DNA of 48,580 nucleotides, filler included, from Catajapyx aquilonaris (Eukaryota): assembly GCA_000934665.2 (NCBI GenBank). It is 2 parts of 2 records of this genome, joined end to end, with 100 filler letters (N's around TTAATTAATTAA, not from the genome) between each part and the next. Parts side by side here need not be neighbours in the genome. Positions count along the whole stretch, not along the records: positions 24,337 to 48,580 come from JYFJ02005544.1; 1 more part is not named here. The stretch is one strand, 5' to 3'. A program made the translations under genes and the position numbers. Below, piece by piece: positions 37,001 to 48,388 of the stretch. The notes under the pieces are model-generated. The model saw only the letters and a program-made list of their open reading frames with translations, made no database searches and was not told where the DNA came from. The first letter of the stretch is position 1. Each line of letters starts with the position of its first letter.

Positions 37001-40000
37001 AGCTAACATGGTCCTCAAATTGCTTGTACATGCCAAATGTAGTAGTGCAATCAGTGCACTTGTAGGACAAGTGTACTGACTGCAGAGTCAGATTGTGGTC
37101 TTCGGCCACATGATTTAGCAATTTGCCCTCATACACCTGTAACAAGAATTTATGAATGTCCCTCTCCTCAGAAAAGTTAAGTATCATATCTTACATTTCT
37201 GCATAATGGACATTGTCCACCATCCTGCCCTTTCTTGGCAGCTTCCTGCATATTTGAGGTGACCAGCCCATGTGAGCCCAGCAAGTGGCGCTCCAGACCT
37301 TGGTCCGTAAAGAAGCAGTTCTGACACTTCTGGCAGTGAAGAGGGGGAAGGTCATATATCATCTTCGGGTGAATCTTCACTTTGTGTATCCACTGCATAT
37401 GGTTGAGCAGTAGCTCCAAGCTCTGCGAAAAACAGTTAAACATCTTCTAAGTACAGCATAACATTTTCTCATCATTTTGGCTCATAGAGCTAGAACCAAA
37501 TGAGATACGTATGTGGTCCTCACTCACCAGGTGGACTGCACATTGATCTAGTGTCAAAGAATCACTACCCACTACAGACACTTCAGATGGAACATGCTAT
37601 ACAGGGTGTCCCTTACTAGTCACCCTCATTGGTGGCAGTGCACTCATTGGTCCAAAACAAGTCGTAAATGTAGGGAGGAGAAATGTCAAGGCAGTAACCG
37701 GTAAAGGAGATAAACAATGATCAAGATGATAAACGATGATCAAGATGAGGTCGCCCCCAAGACACTCGCAGCCACCCACCCACCGGCTTTTGTGTGGGAG
37801 GAGCGGCAATTGGTTCGACTCCCTCACATGTAGGGGTTGCCTAGGGAGCAGGATATGAACCCAACATTGAGACCTGAGCACGAGACAACCTTGCTATTAA
37901 ACCGATTGCCGCTCCTCCCGCACAAAAGCCGGTGGATGGGTGGCTGCGATTGTCTTAGGGGCGACCTCATCTTGATCATCGTTTATCTCGTTACCGGTTA
38001 CTGCCTCGACATTTCTCCTCCGTACATTTACAACTGGTTTTGGGCCAATGAGTGCACTGCCGGATGGAAGGGCGACTATCCGTTTATTTAATATAGAGCC
38101 CTGTGTTTGACTCTAAACAACTTCCAGGCAAATTATCCAAAAATATAGTTATACAGGGTGTCCACAAATGATGGGGCCAAAGTAAAAAAATTCTAGAAAA
38201 TGCAACATACAAGGTACAACTCCCGTACATATCTCATAGCAAAGAGGAAGGTTGAAAGTTTTTTTTGACATATCTCACCACATGAAATGATTAGTGCCGT
38301 GCCATCTAGGAGTTTAAAAGTGTAGTAGGAGGAAAAGGCTTGGTGCGTGCTGCACAGGTTAATGCCACAGCTGCAAGAAGATGCCCCGGATTTCATCTTC
38401 CAACAAGATGGAGTGCCTCCGCATTTCCATCTCCACGTCCGCGACTACCTGATTCGGCTACTGCCTCAAAGGTGGATCTGGGTGTTCCACTGACAGCGAT
38501 GCAGTGTTCCGGGCTTGTCCACCCCGTTCACCGGATTTGGCGCCATGTGATTTTTTTTGTGGGGGTACATTAAGTATGCAGTGTTTGTGCCACTCCTCCC
38601 GAGATCTTCGGCCGAACTGAAGCACCGCAGCACTTCTGTCGGGGCTTCCATAACGCCGGACATGCAACCACGCACCGATTTCTGGTTAAACGCCTGCCGT
38701 GTCACACGCCGTGCTCATATTGAGGGTTTGTATGTATGTAAAAAAAACTTTAAACCTTCCTCTTTGCTATGAGATATGTATGGGAGTTGTACCTTGTATG
38801 ATGCCTTTTCTAGAATTTTTTTACTTTGGCCCCATCATTTGTGGACACCATGTATATCGTTCGAAAGCTTGTTTAAATCCATGTTACATACATATGCGAG
38901 TTGTTTTCCTATCGTCAGTCTCTAATTTTTTATCGTAAAAAGAAGGCGGAAAAGTGTCATTTTTTGACTAGTTGTTCACATTGCACCGCAAAGTGAATTT
39001 TTTATGACACTTTCAGGAGGCCAAAAAAATCCCTCTGTGAACCCTGGATAGTGCACATCTTTGACTATCTAATGATATATTTGAAACATTGAGATCGCCA
39101 TTTCTGTAATCAAAATTAAGTTAATTGCACACCTGTTATCCCGGCTGTTTATAATCCGAATTACTTCGCGAATGTATCGACAGCAAGCCAGAAATGTGCG
39201 TGATAAGATTACATTGCGCTCTATTGCACTAAAAATTTTAAAAGCATTTAAAAGTATCGCCGTCTATTCCCGCCAGAAAGCGTGGGTCCTTTTCTATTAA
39301 ACTTACTAAAACAATACTTTTAAAATTTTTAGTGCAATAGAGCGCAATGTAATCTTATCAAGCACATTTCTGGCTTGCTGTCGATATATTCGCGAAGTAA
39401 TTCGGATTATAAACAGCCGAGATAACAGAGGTGTGCAATTAACTTAATTATGATTACAGAAATGGCGATCTCAATGTTTCAAATAAATCAAATGAACACT
39501 ATACCTTACCTCAATATGCCTTATTGGTACAAAATGAGCAATCCGTTGAGCTAAGGTCAACCCCTTCCTCTTCCCCGACATTTTAACACTGGACTGAACC
39601 ATGAAGGCAGGAGGGCACCTAAGTTATTTCACATAAGTCAATCTTCTTTGCCCCCAACAAGTCCGTTTTCCAACCAGAAATAGTCCCCCTTTCCTCAAAA
39701 ATATCTTCCAAGGCTGATAGCAATTCCAGAAATTACTAGACACACGTGGTCCAAAAGGGTTACTCAGAGGCCACCTGGAATTGCCGATAGTGAACCTGGC
39801 TGTAGTTTCTATTTTTGTGACTCTTAGGAGATCATGCGAACCTTTTTATTTCAGTTATGAACAGGGATTTACTTTGAAGGGAGCCAAAAATCCCTTCAGT
39901 TTCCGCGTTGGGCAGGTTCCGTTATATCCGTCAAAAAATACATTGCATGCCCTTTGCATATGCGGTTCCCGTTCCGTAATTGATAGGTTTCCACTATATC

Positions 40001-42709
40001 CAAGGTCCATTATGGGCAGGTTTCACTGTATAGCTGTATCAGGGTACAAAAAGTTCCACAAAATAACTTTGGACAAAATTAGGTCACATTAGGATAAATT
40101 TGATCATAACACTTGGAACCTGTAAGTTCACATGATAAAAGTTTGAAATCCTAACTTTAAAAAATCACAGATTATCGGGCCAGGAACTTACCTGGATAGA
40201 CCCATCACATATTTCACAAATGACAAATTTAGTCTTGGGTCTGGGTGCTGAACTGCTGGTTGTAGTTGCCTTAGGAGAACTTCCCTGTGTGATGGAGCTC
40301 AGTGACACAGGTGCTGCTGCTGTCTGCCTCGGCAAGGGTGTGATGGATGAGGTCCTGGGCTGCTGTGGTGCCTTGGGCGTTGTGGTCCTGCTCATTGCAC
40401 TCTGGAAGGCCATGGGTTTCTTTTTATTGTCATTTTGGTCATACTCATTCTAAATAGCCGCCAAGACCCCGACCCCACCCACAACTACTATGGAACTGGC
40501 TCCCGAAGTGAGATTGGGAATGAGGGCCACGGGGGCAGGGCCCCCACCTCCGGCTGAGCCGCTGCCTCCCGAAGGTATTAACATTAGGCGAGGCATGTTT
40601 CTCAGTCCACCAGTCATCACTGGAACTATAATATGACCTTGGCTATTTACCACCTACAAGTTTAACATGTGAAATAGATAACAGACAGCAGTGAGAGACT
40701 GAGAGAGACATCTCAATCACTGAACGAACCCGACCACATGCAGCAGTGCATGGGTAAGAGGCTGCCACTGCACATGTAATTACCGAATGTCACAATTTAA
40801 GAGAATCCCAGAAATCACACTTTGCCTAAAGAATATCCATGCAAGGGAATTTCTTTCAAGACAGCACAGAGCCTTTCGATCAACTCAAGCACATTATTTG
40901 GGGAGAGTCCTGTACACATTTTCATTTTGAATAACTTGTGTCCAACCCAGGCTCTTGTTCAGAGCTAGATCATATAAGATATTGGAGGTATGGGAAAAGT
41001 GCACCCAGAACAAGAATTACTTACCTGGTAACTTGGGTTGTTTTTAGATGAAGACAATGAAGGGACCAACTCATCATGGCTCCATGGTGGACGGTAAATC
41101 ATCCCTGTGGAAAGAGAAAATTGTTATGGCCTTCAAAAATATACATTCAAAATCTCGCGGCCATGGTAATGTTATGTCCACTGACCTGGTCGGAGGTGAC
41201 TGGCTGAGCTCAGTGACCTGGAGGAAGGAGTACGGGCATCTACCCCAAGCTTGCTGGCCAGTGTGGCCGGCTTGGGTGGACGTCCTCGAGGACGGTGGAA
41301 ACTGTTTGGAATAAGTAGTGGTGCCATAGTGAGACTACCAGGTGCTGGGGCCAGCTTGGGCATCAGTGGGTGGGTCATTGTTCCAGGTGTGCACTTCATT
41401 GGGGCAAATCCAGGACCTAGAGTTGAGGGGCGTCCCCGTGAAACACGATAAATCTTGGCTGGCAGCTCCCAGTCAGACGGTGGCTCCTGATTGCGGTCAT
41501 GACGGAACTTCTTCATACATGACAGTATATGTCGGCTCAGTTTACCTTTTGAATTGTCCTCAAAAGAGCAGTTTGCACATTGATGAAAAGCGGGGGCTCT
41601 TTCCAAATGTCCTCTAACATTGTGTTCTGCTTCCATGTGAAACAGTATGTCATGTGGAACCCGAGTTTCAAAGGGACAGAAATTGCAGCGGAATGTGTAG
41701 TGGTCCATGTGTGGGGTCTCCAGGTGCCGTGCCATGACAAGAGCTGACTCCGTTTTGAAGTTACAAAATTCACACTTTTTGGTTTGAAAGTGGAAAGGCT
41801 CATTGTTCGTTTTTGAATCTTCAAGGTTACGCAAGAGGGATGAGATTGCATGTTGGGTGGCAGCCAAGGTCTTCCCACTTTCACGCTCTGCCTTACGTTT
41901 TTGGGCTCGGAGCAAGTCTGTCTGGACATATTCCTGCACCAAGTTCATTCCAATCTGCATAAAGAACTTGCCCAGTGAACTGTCCAAGAAGTTGTCACAA
42001 GGATACAACAACTTGTTCTTATCTTCTTCCTTGTCGGTCACTTTGTCCTCCTTCTCTTTGTCCTTCTCCTCTTCTGCCTTACTACTTTTGCCCTTTTCCT
42101 GCTGGTCTTCACCCTTCCCACTCTTTTCCAATCTGCTACAAACCTCTTTCACACTTTCTTTAGGTGGCTTTTCATAAATGTATGGAACTACGAAACTAGG
42201 TGCCTCAACTACAAACATATCGTCTGAAAGACCAACCCACTCATGTGAACCTGGTGCAGACATCATAGATGTTGCTGATGATGACTGTTGCTGGTTGGCC
42301 ATTGAAGATCCAGTGTGGATTGGGATGTTGCGTATGCTACAGACGATTGACTGTGATGGCAGTGTTACTGGTGGCGCTGTGGTTGTAGATGTGCTTGATG
42401 TTCCATGCCTCTCTGGAACAGGGCCTTTTCCAGTCAAAATTGAATTGGTATCTATTATAACAAGAGTAGACTCTTTGCTGCCTTCTGTCCTGGCTGTCTC
42501 GTCAACTGGGTAACCATCAAAAGAGCTGATCATCTTGCAATTCAATTGAGGCTCACCTGCAATGGAGTAATATTACTGTAAGGTATTTTTCTGTTTCTTT
42601 GTTGCACATGATTAATTTGACACGTACCTGGTTCACCTATGGACACATCATCTTCCAATAGGACCACAGCTGGTTCGAGCTCTCTGCTAGGTGCAGCCAT
42701 GTGGTGCAT
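34041..42709 (-). CDS. MEP-1: MEP-1-like (MOG interacting and ectopic P-granules protein 1) C2H2 zinc-finger protein; carries an in-frame TAG, so possibly a degenerating paralog
   Basis: Exons 42709-42628, 42556-41186, 41104-41025, 40653-40192 (TAG at 40452-40450), 37422-37195, 37136-36731, plus a putative last exon 34054-34041 (GWQK*). Alternatively the CDS stops at 36726. MEP-1 motifs: VVEAPSFVVPYIYEKPP, LGKFFMQIGMNLVQEYVQTDLL, CEFCNFKTES.LVM..HLETPH, HDILFHMEAEH, FVICEICDG, NHMQWIHKVKIHPKMIY, FFTDQGLERHLLGSHGLVT, LSYKCT.CT.TFGMYKQFE.H, PLKINDEITIIPQP. Confidence 0.9.
34265..34538 (+). mobile_element. tRNA-derived SINE with a V-domain-like body
   Basis: A box tggccgggtggttagc, B box gagttcgattcc, body tctccgtgttcgcgtgggtt...gtttcctcccac. 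9-bp TSD tgacaattt at 34256-34264 and 34539-34547. Confidence 0.8.
34568..35054. mobile_element. Tc1-like MITE with ~110-bp imperfect TIRs
   Basis: TA|cagggtgaagacatttgtcat..gctttgggaaa..gcatcatgggtctc..agttactgagata, inverted at ~34943-35054. Confidence 0.75.
35713..35810 (+). mobile_element. 5'-truncated retroposon 3' end with a (GAT)n tail; other copies at 11307-11400 (+), 15071-15168 (-) and 20691-20745 (-)
   Basis: Shared core ttagttcatat..gttagcttg.gtctc.cttcatcgctgactacccct.atagggaaatgtcgtgatg followed by GAT/GGT repeats. Confidence 0.75.
37602..38103. mobile_element. Tc1-like foldback MITE (~200-bp arms) in a MEP-1 intron
   Basis: TA|caggg start and ccctg end. ~37635-37815 is inverted at ~37900-38062. 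Confidence 0.78.
38154..38852 (+). mobile_element. Internally deleted Tc1/mariner element with ~115-bp TIRs and a transposase relic
   Basis: TA|cagggtgtccacaaatgatggggccaaagtaaaaaaa ... ttactttggccccatcatttgtggacaccatg|TA. Internal relics FIFQQDGVPPHFHLHVRDYL, LPQRWI, and PPRSPDLAPCDFF(frameshift)WGYIK. Confidence 0.9.
39078..39485. repeat. Near-perfect ~170-bp inverted repeat with a ~63-nt loop (foldback element core)
   Basis: 39078-39249 is the reverse complement of 39313-39485 with few mismatches. Confidence 0.9.
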
Positions 42710-43231
42710 CTGAAGTTAGAGGAAAATTACAACTCATTATGCCTTATCCCTGCATAGACACGATGCATGGTGTGATGACCGAGACTTTTTTCTTTCTTTT
42801 TTTTTGCCAATAACACGAGCATGGCTCACTGTACAGCATAGTGCGGGTTGCCCACCACACAAAGTTACGCATGCAAACTGCGTGCCCAAACTGCCCTTCA
42901 TTCGGTCGAATTATTCTCGACTTACCCAAAAAAATATTGTCTCGAAAGCCACACATGCTCAAACGAGAGATGTTTCAATTCAGTTGATAACGTTATGTCG
43001 TCTACTCTAGATGGGAGGAACGGACCGGAATGAACCAGTGTGACGCGTGGATCGCAATAAGCCCTCTACAGGGTGGCTCAGATTTGCGGACATTCTCAAA
43101 TGATTAAATTTTACGGACGTTCGCCTCACCTTCAAACTTGGCGCGTTGTTACTTACAACATTTGAAGCCAATTCAATTGAGCTTTTCAACGGTGTATGAC
43201 TATGTAACCGTGTAACTCAGCCACTCAGTGC

Positions 43232-43451
43232 TGCCGTCCGCTTGAAGAACTCAACTCCACACAACTCAACATCCACCCACTTTTCCTTGCGGAGAGAAAA
43301 AAAACGAGTGGTACCAAAACCATCCAACAGGTGGAGTTGGGGTTCCCACTTCCTCCAACGCCACCTCTTGGTTGCTTTCGGTAAAACTTGCGTACTTTTC
43401 TCGCCGCAAGGGAAGTGGATTTTGTTACAGTTTTCTTCGAGCGGACGGCAG
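43232..43451. mobile_element. Small MITE-like inverted-repeat element upstream of MEP-1
   Basis: ctgccgtccgcttgaagaa / ttcttcgagcggacggcag, plus an inner IR ccacttttccttgcgg / ccgcaagggaagtgg. Confidence 0.55.
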
Positions 43452-44309
43452 AACGTGGTACCATACATTAAAAGGTTAGGTGACAGGTCCTGATGGAAAT
43501 GAGTGTCGGACAGATTTTAATTACGTTAATCTTAATTCTGACAACTCCCGGCTTATTGCTCGTGGCATAATCATGTAAAAAATTGGATAGTGAATGTTAG
43601 TCAATATATTGCACCTGTAGAAAGTTTAAAAAGGAGTTTATATGTGAGAGTATGACCTTCCACATTGCATGGAAGAGAGCATGCAATTTAAAACTATGGC
43701 ACTTAAAACATCAATTAGCATCTTACCCCATATTGGCAGGTGTTTGGTGCTGTATCTATATCTCGTAAATAGTACAGTAGTTGTTCAGGCCGCCGTTGTT
43801 CGTGACTGAAAAATAAGTCTTACTGTTCTGAATCAGCACAATAACTTTATAATGACCTGGAGTGTATTTGTAGAAACTTAAAAATCCACTGGAGAGACAG
43901 TCACACAAAGATTGGCAAAGGACACCCTCATGTTGAACTATTTTCTATTACAAAATACATCTGAATACTGAACATTTGTGAATATTAAGTTCATTTTGAA
44001 AAAAATTCCGACATAATTTCTGGTCTAGTCAATAACAGGATAATCCCCACCAAATAACACAAAATTAATATAACTATGAAAAATATTCAGTGAGATTATG
44101 CATTACATAACTCAAAAACACGTTAATGAAGTAGCCATTTTGCTTAATCACTATATGCAGTAGTGTGCATTATAAACACATTATGGAAAGCTGATTTGTT
44201 GTAAAAGTGGCGATTTGGCTATAACAGACATCGGTTATATAACAGGTTTTATTTTTCCCGCAGCCCCTTGAAGTCAGTTATATCTTGGTTATATCCAGAT
44301 GCATGATGG

Positions 44310-44885
44310 ATGAAAAGTGAAACTCAGTTTTAAAATATTTGGCCCCAGAGAGTGAAACCCTAGCTGGATCCTAAAGTAAAGAATTTGCCATTTTTGCTCT
44401 TGAAATGACCACAGCAAGCATCCATAAATTGTTGCAATTTTTTGGGAAGTAGGCCTAAGCCTACCAGTGCAATGGTAGATGATGGCCTATTTTTTTGAAT
44501 CGCATAATGTTAACGATGCCACATTGTGTAACCAGCATTAATTTTCTACTGAATACATAGGCTACATTTTGTAACAAATATGTAACGGTTATTTATTTAG
44601 AAAATGAAGGCTCGTTTCACAACGTGGCAACACTGCAAAAAGGACACTACTGAGTACTGAATCATCATGATTGCGCTCATTTAAAAAAATATTTTGCTTA
44701 AAAATTTGCCATTGTCAACCATGCCAAAATAATTAAATGGAAAATTATGGTAGATTTCTAGTGCCTATTATTGTGACCATTTCAAATTCAAAAATTGAAA
44801 ATTCTCGACATTTGAGGTTGAGCCCAGGCTTTCACTACTCAGAGGACAGATACGTATATTAAAACTGAGTTTCCATTTTCATACA
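44310..44885. mobile_element. Diverged MITE with ~110-bp imperfect arms
   Basis: atgaaaagtgaaactcagtttta...gtgaaac...ttgaaatgaccaca is inverted as tgtgaccatttcaa...tttcac...taaaactgagtttccattttcat. Confidence 0.55.
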
Positions 44886-44886
44886 C

Positions 44887-45920
44887 TATTCAAAGGAATA
44901 CCTTCCAATAAAACCTATCGCACCACAAAAAACACGCTTGCAAACCTCGCAACTGAAGGGATTCTCCGGATTCCCCCCTGTGTGAATTCTCATGTGTCTA
45001 TGCGAGTTTCCTGAGTGCTGAGTGGCTAAACTTATTTCTATTGCAAATTGAGCAACAATATTGCTTCTCCCCTGTGTGGGTCGTCATGTGGCCATTCAAA
45101 ATACTTGACCGACTGAACGTTCTCTTGCAAACTGAGCAGCTGAATGGCTTCTCACCTGTGTGTGTTTTCAAGTGTCTGTAGCTTCTCCTTTATTCTCAGA
45201 CTCTCACACTAGGCTTCTACACAAAACCAGCGCACACCAGGCTCCAACCCGCCCTTCTTCCACACTATGCTCCATGGATGCCAACCCTCAACCCCACTTC
45301 CCTCTGCCTGCTCCCCCTCTGTTCGCCTCTGGTCACACTCGTCACTCGACACCATTGCAATTCATTGCATTTGTCTGAGGACACGGCGGAAAATCATACC
45401 TGGGGCAACGCACTTGCAAAGATGTCTAAGAATACTAAAGGTCAGGTCACTCATTTCTGCTCATTTTTATCGCCTGAATTTGGAGAAAAAAAACTCGGGC
45501 TGTGGGGGCTTGCAATTGAAAAGAAAACCTGGCCCTCAACAGGTTAACCTACCGTCATCATACATGTAGGTGGGCTGTGTCAGGGGGCTGCTGCAACCCG
45601 CCCTTCTTCCACACTATGCTCCATGGATGCCAACCCTCAACCCCACTTCCCTCTGCCTGCTCCCCCTCTGGCGGGGGAATCCCCCCACCCCCTTCCCTTG
45701 TGCGCTACAGTCTAATAAAAGTTCCTGGCTCATTAAACCTTTTCTCGCAAATTTGGCAGCTGAATGGCTTCTCCCCAGAGTGGGGTTTCATGTGACGCGT
45801 AAAATAACCTCAGGAACTAAAATTCTTCTGGCAAATCTGGCAAACATTCCCCTCCAAGTGTCTCCCCTTTTGCAAGTCTTCCTGGATCCCATTCTTCATG
45901 TTCTCTTGAGCACTTTCTCC
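44887..45920 (-). pseudogene. Kruppel-type C2H2 zinc-finger pseudogene (last exon)
   Basis: Acceptor ttcatttcag ends at 45921, then ...[35 protein letters not shown]...L*. After a ~0.5 kb insertion: [47 protein letters not shown]...(frameshift) HRHMRIHTG...PFSCEVCKR. It has TGEKPF linkers, two stops and frameshifts. Confidence 0.88.
45245..45670. repeat. Identical 77-bp direct repeats (45245-45321 and 45594-45670) inside the zinc-finger pseudogene insertion
   Basis: caacccgcccttcttccacactatgctccatggatgccaaccctcaaccccacttccctctgcctgctccccctctg occurs twice. Confidence 0.9.
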
Positions 45921-46106
45921 CTGAAATGAATAAGAATGAGGACACACACATTACATTCATGAAATAAAATAATACAGGTGTAGATGAAGAGAGCGTTGTG
46001 ACTCGATATCCTCGTCACGCAATATTACTTCTGAATTACTGGGGCATTCCACAGGAGTGGCCATCTGTTTTCCTATATCCTCACTTATTTTCATTGTTTG
46101 CTTCAA

Positions 46107-46515
46107 AACAAGATTGGCAAATCACGCGAGAGTGATTAGAGTCGTTTTTCTCGTTGGGAAACGAGAAATGAGGCTGACAACTTTGTGTAATATGATGGGC
46201 AATGCGATACGACACGATGCGATTCTAATTGGACAACAATGACAGTTTTTACCTTAATATTGTCAGTTTCATTTTTCGCTGCCAAGTAACCTAAGAAAAA
46301 TAATATTTCTACATGGTGTAGACTTGACCTTGGCGGATAGAGTAAACCTCGAAACCCGGAAGTGCCCGGTCACCGGATGTTGAATGTGAAACCTATATGC
46401 GGCCCTTTGAATCCCAATCCAAAAACGTTTTGTTGCTATCTCTTTCGGTTTAGGTCCTGATATACATGTCCACAGACGGACGGACGCAGACGGACTGTAG
46501 AGAAAAAGTCTAAAA
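46107..46515 (-). mobile_element. DINE-1-like HINE, copy 2
   Basis: Shares aacaagat..caaatcacg..gtgatta, gtagacttg..gcggatagagt.aacc, tgtccacagacggac and agaaaaagtctaaaa with copy 1. Confidence 0.72.
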
Positions 46516-47389
46516 TCTTGATGCCCAATTATTTTGACAGCCTTAGTTTGTTACAGTCCAGTGACTTGAAACATTCTCAGAATGTTAACTTTGCACATCA
46601 AGAGCAGCAACTTGGCGCGACATGCCGTTTGGTATAACCAGCTGTATAGTGTTAAAAAGTATTTGGGTCGTTCAAAAATGATTGGGACTCCAATTTTTTC
46701 TGCACACTAACCATTTCATGGGACAAAATAAATTCATGGTAGTACGGTATAAATGTTGATTGGGTTTTGACCACTTTCAATAACCGAAAAATATTATCCA
46801 AAGAAGGACTCATTTCCATATTTTCGCGATTTTTTCCCTCCCCACGGTAATTCAGAATTTGGCTGAAACTTGATAGGCAGTGTTATGCCTTAGGCATAGG
46901 TAGTGTGTACAGCTGTAATTTTTTCAGCAACATCCGAGATGGGATAGTCACATTATTTAAGCCTCTACTTGAATGGAAAAACTCCCGCGATATTGGAGGA
47001 TTTTGGTTTTTTAAACTGTCCCGCGAGGTCAAAAACAAATCGAAGACAACATGAATGGTCATGATGAATTATGACTGACCTAAGAAACGTGGAAATAGAG
47101 ATGAATTCCCATGTATAGAAAAAAATGTGATTTTTGTTTCATTGTGTTATCAAAACATTCACTTGATGTACATCATGTACTTATGATCTCTCAGATTGCA
47201 AATGGCAAAATCGTCAGTGGGACCAGGATCTTCGCGCTCTACTTCAATAATCATTTATCACCTAAAATTAACGAAGAGAATTAGGCTATGTAATAATATA
47301 GTGCGGCCTAGATGAAAAGTGGGGGTCCGATTTTGGAACACGTAGAGGTCCGACTTAATTGCATAATTACTTTTGTGCAGTAGGGTTAA

Positions 47390-47744
47390 TACAGTAGGGT
47401 CTATACATTGTTGTCACTCAGTAAGCATGCAGCTATGAACACCTGCATTTAAAATGACACTTAGCATCTTCCGTCTGTTTGATGCTCTCCATGTCATTGT
47501 AAAAAAAGGTCGTTTGAAACTGACAAATAGTACTTTGGATCAGTTCAATATTTTTATTGGGGTGTACAGGTTGTGGAAATTTAAAAATCCACTGACTAGA
47601 CATAAAGTTTGAAAAGAGACACTTTTTTGAATGGCTTAATCTCATATTATGTATAGAGGCACTCTCAAAAATAAAATTAATACAAAAAACAAAAATTCCA
47701 AGCAACTTGAACTCTTTTCTTCTACAAAATGTAGATCCAAATGC
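47390..47744. repeat. Dispersed direct duplication, copy B (partner 33596-33947)
   Basis: Runs tacagtaggg..tatacattgttgtcactcagtaagcatgcagc ... aaatgtagatccaaatgc, as in copy A. Confidence 0.9.
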
Positions 47745-47858
47745 TGAATACTTGTGAATGCTTAGTGCAGGAATAAATTCCAACAAAAACATGGAGGCCC
47801 GGATAATAACAGAAAAAATCCCACCAAATAAATACAAAATTTAAAAAGTACTGATATA

Positions 47859-48386
47859 CAGTAAAACTTCTATAAGTCGAACTTCCCTAAGTCGAAGTTC
47901 TCTATAAGTAGAAGAAAATGATGAGCTTGGTTGGTGTAAAAGAATGGGAAATAAACTTCCCTAACTCGAATTTCTGTAACTCAAAGTTCTCCATGACTCG
48001 AAGTGCTGGCAGGGCCTTACGATGGGATATCAATGCATTTCCAGTCTCCCTAAGTCGAAGTCCATGTTGGCGAGTACGGAAAATTTTCTCATTTCCCAGC
48101 CGAAGGGTTGTTGAGAGTAGGCCCCATAGGCCCAGACATTCTCGTCTGCGTTTGATTAAATAACGAAGTTTTTTTACAACTAAACAACGAGGAACATTTA
48201 ATTGTAGTGTGATAGTGACAGTTATTTTTAAGTCGTTATGAACACCTTTCGACGCTGGATATAAAGGTAGGCTTCCTTATAGAGTTCTGTGCTCTAAAAA
48301 ATTCTAACTTCTCTAACTCGAATCTTCAATAACTCGAAGTTTTTTCCCTGTCCCATGGGACTTATAGAAGACTTATAGAAGACTTA
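47859..48386. mobile_element. pogo/Tigger-like MITE whose right end is disrupted by a mariner insertion
   Basis: TA|cagtaaaacttctataagtcgaa start, internal aagtcgaag/aactcgaa repeats, and a right-end motif gacttatagaag duplicated. A left-end fragment also lies at ~31478-31533. Confidence 0.72.
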
Positions 48387-48388
48387 TA

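Noticed and set aside
41251..42513. Plus-strand ORFs of 62-124 aa overlapping MEP-1
   Set aside because: Antisense shadows of the large MEP-1 exon.
47433..47837. 134-aa minus-strand ORF sharing PQPVHPNKNIELIQST with ORF 33620-33808
   Set aside because: The similarity comes from the DNA duplication. Frames are not conserved between copies (indels) and the peptide has no recognisable features.
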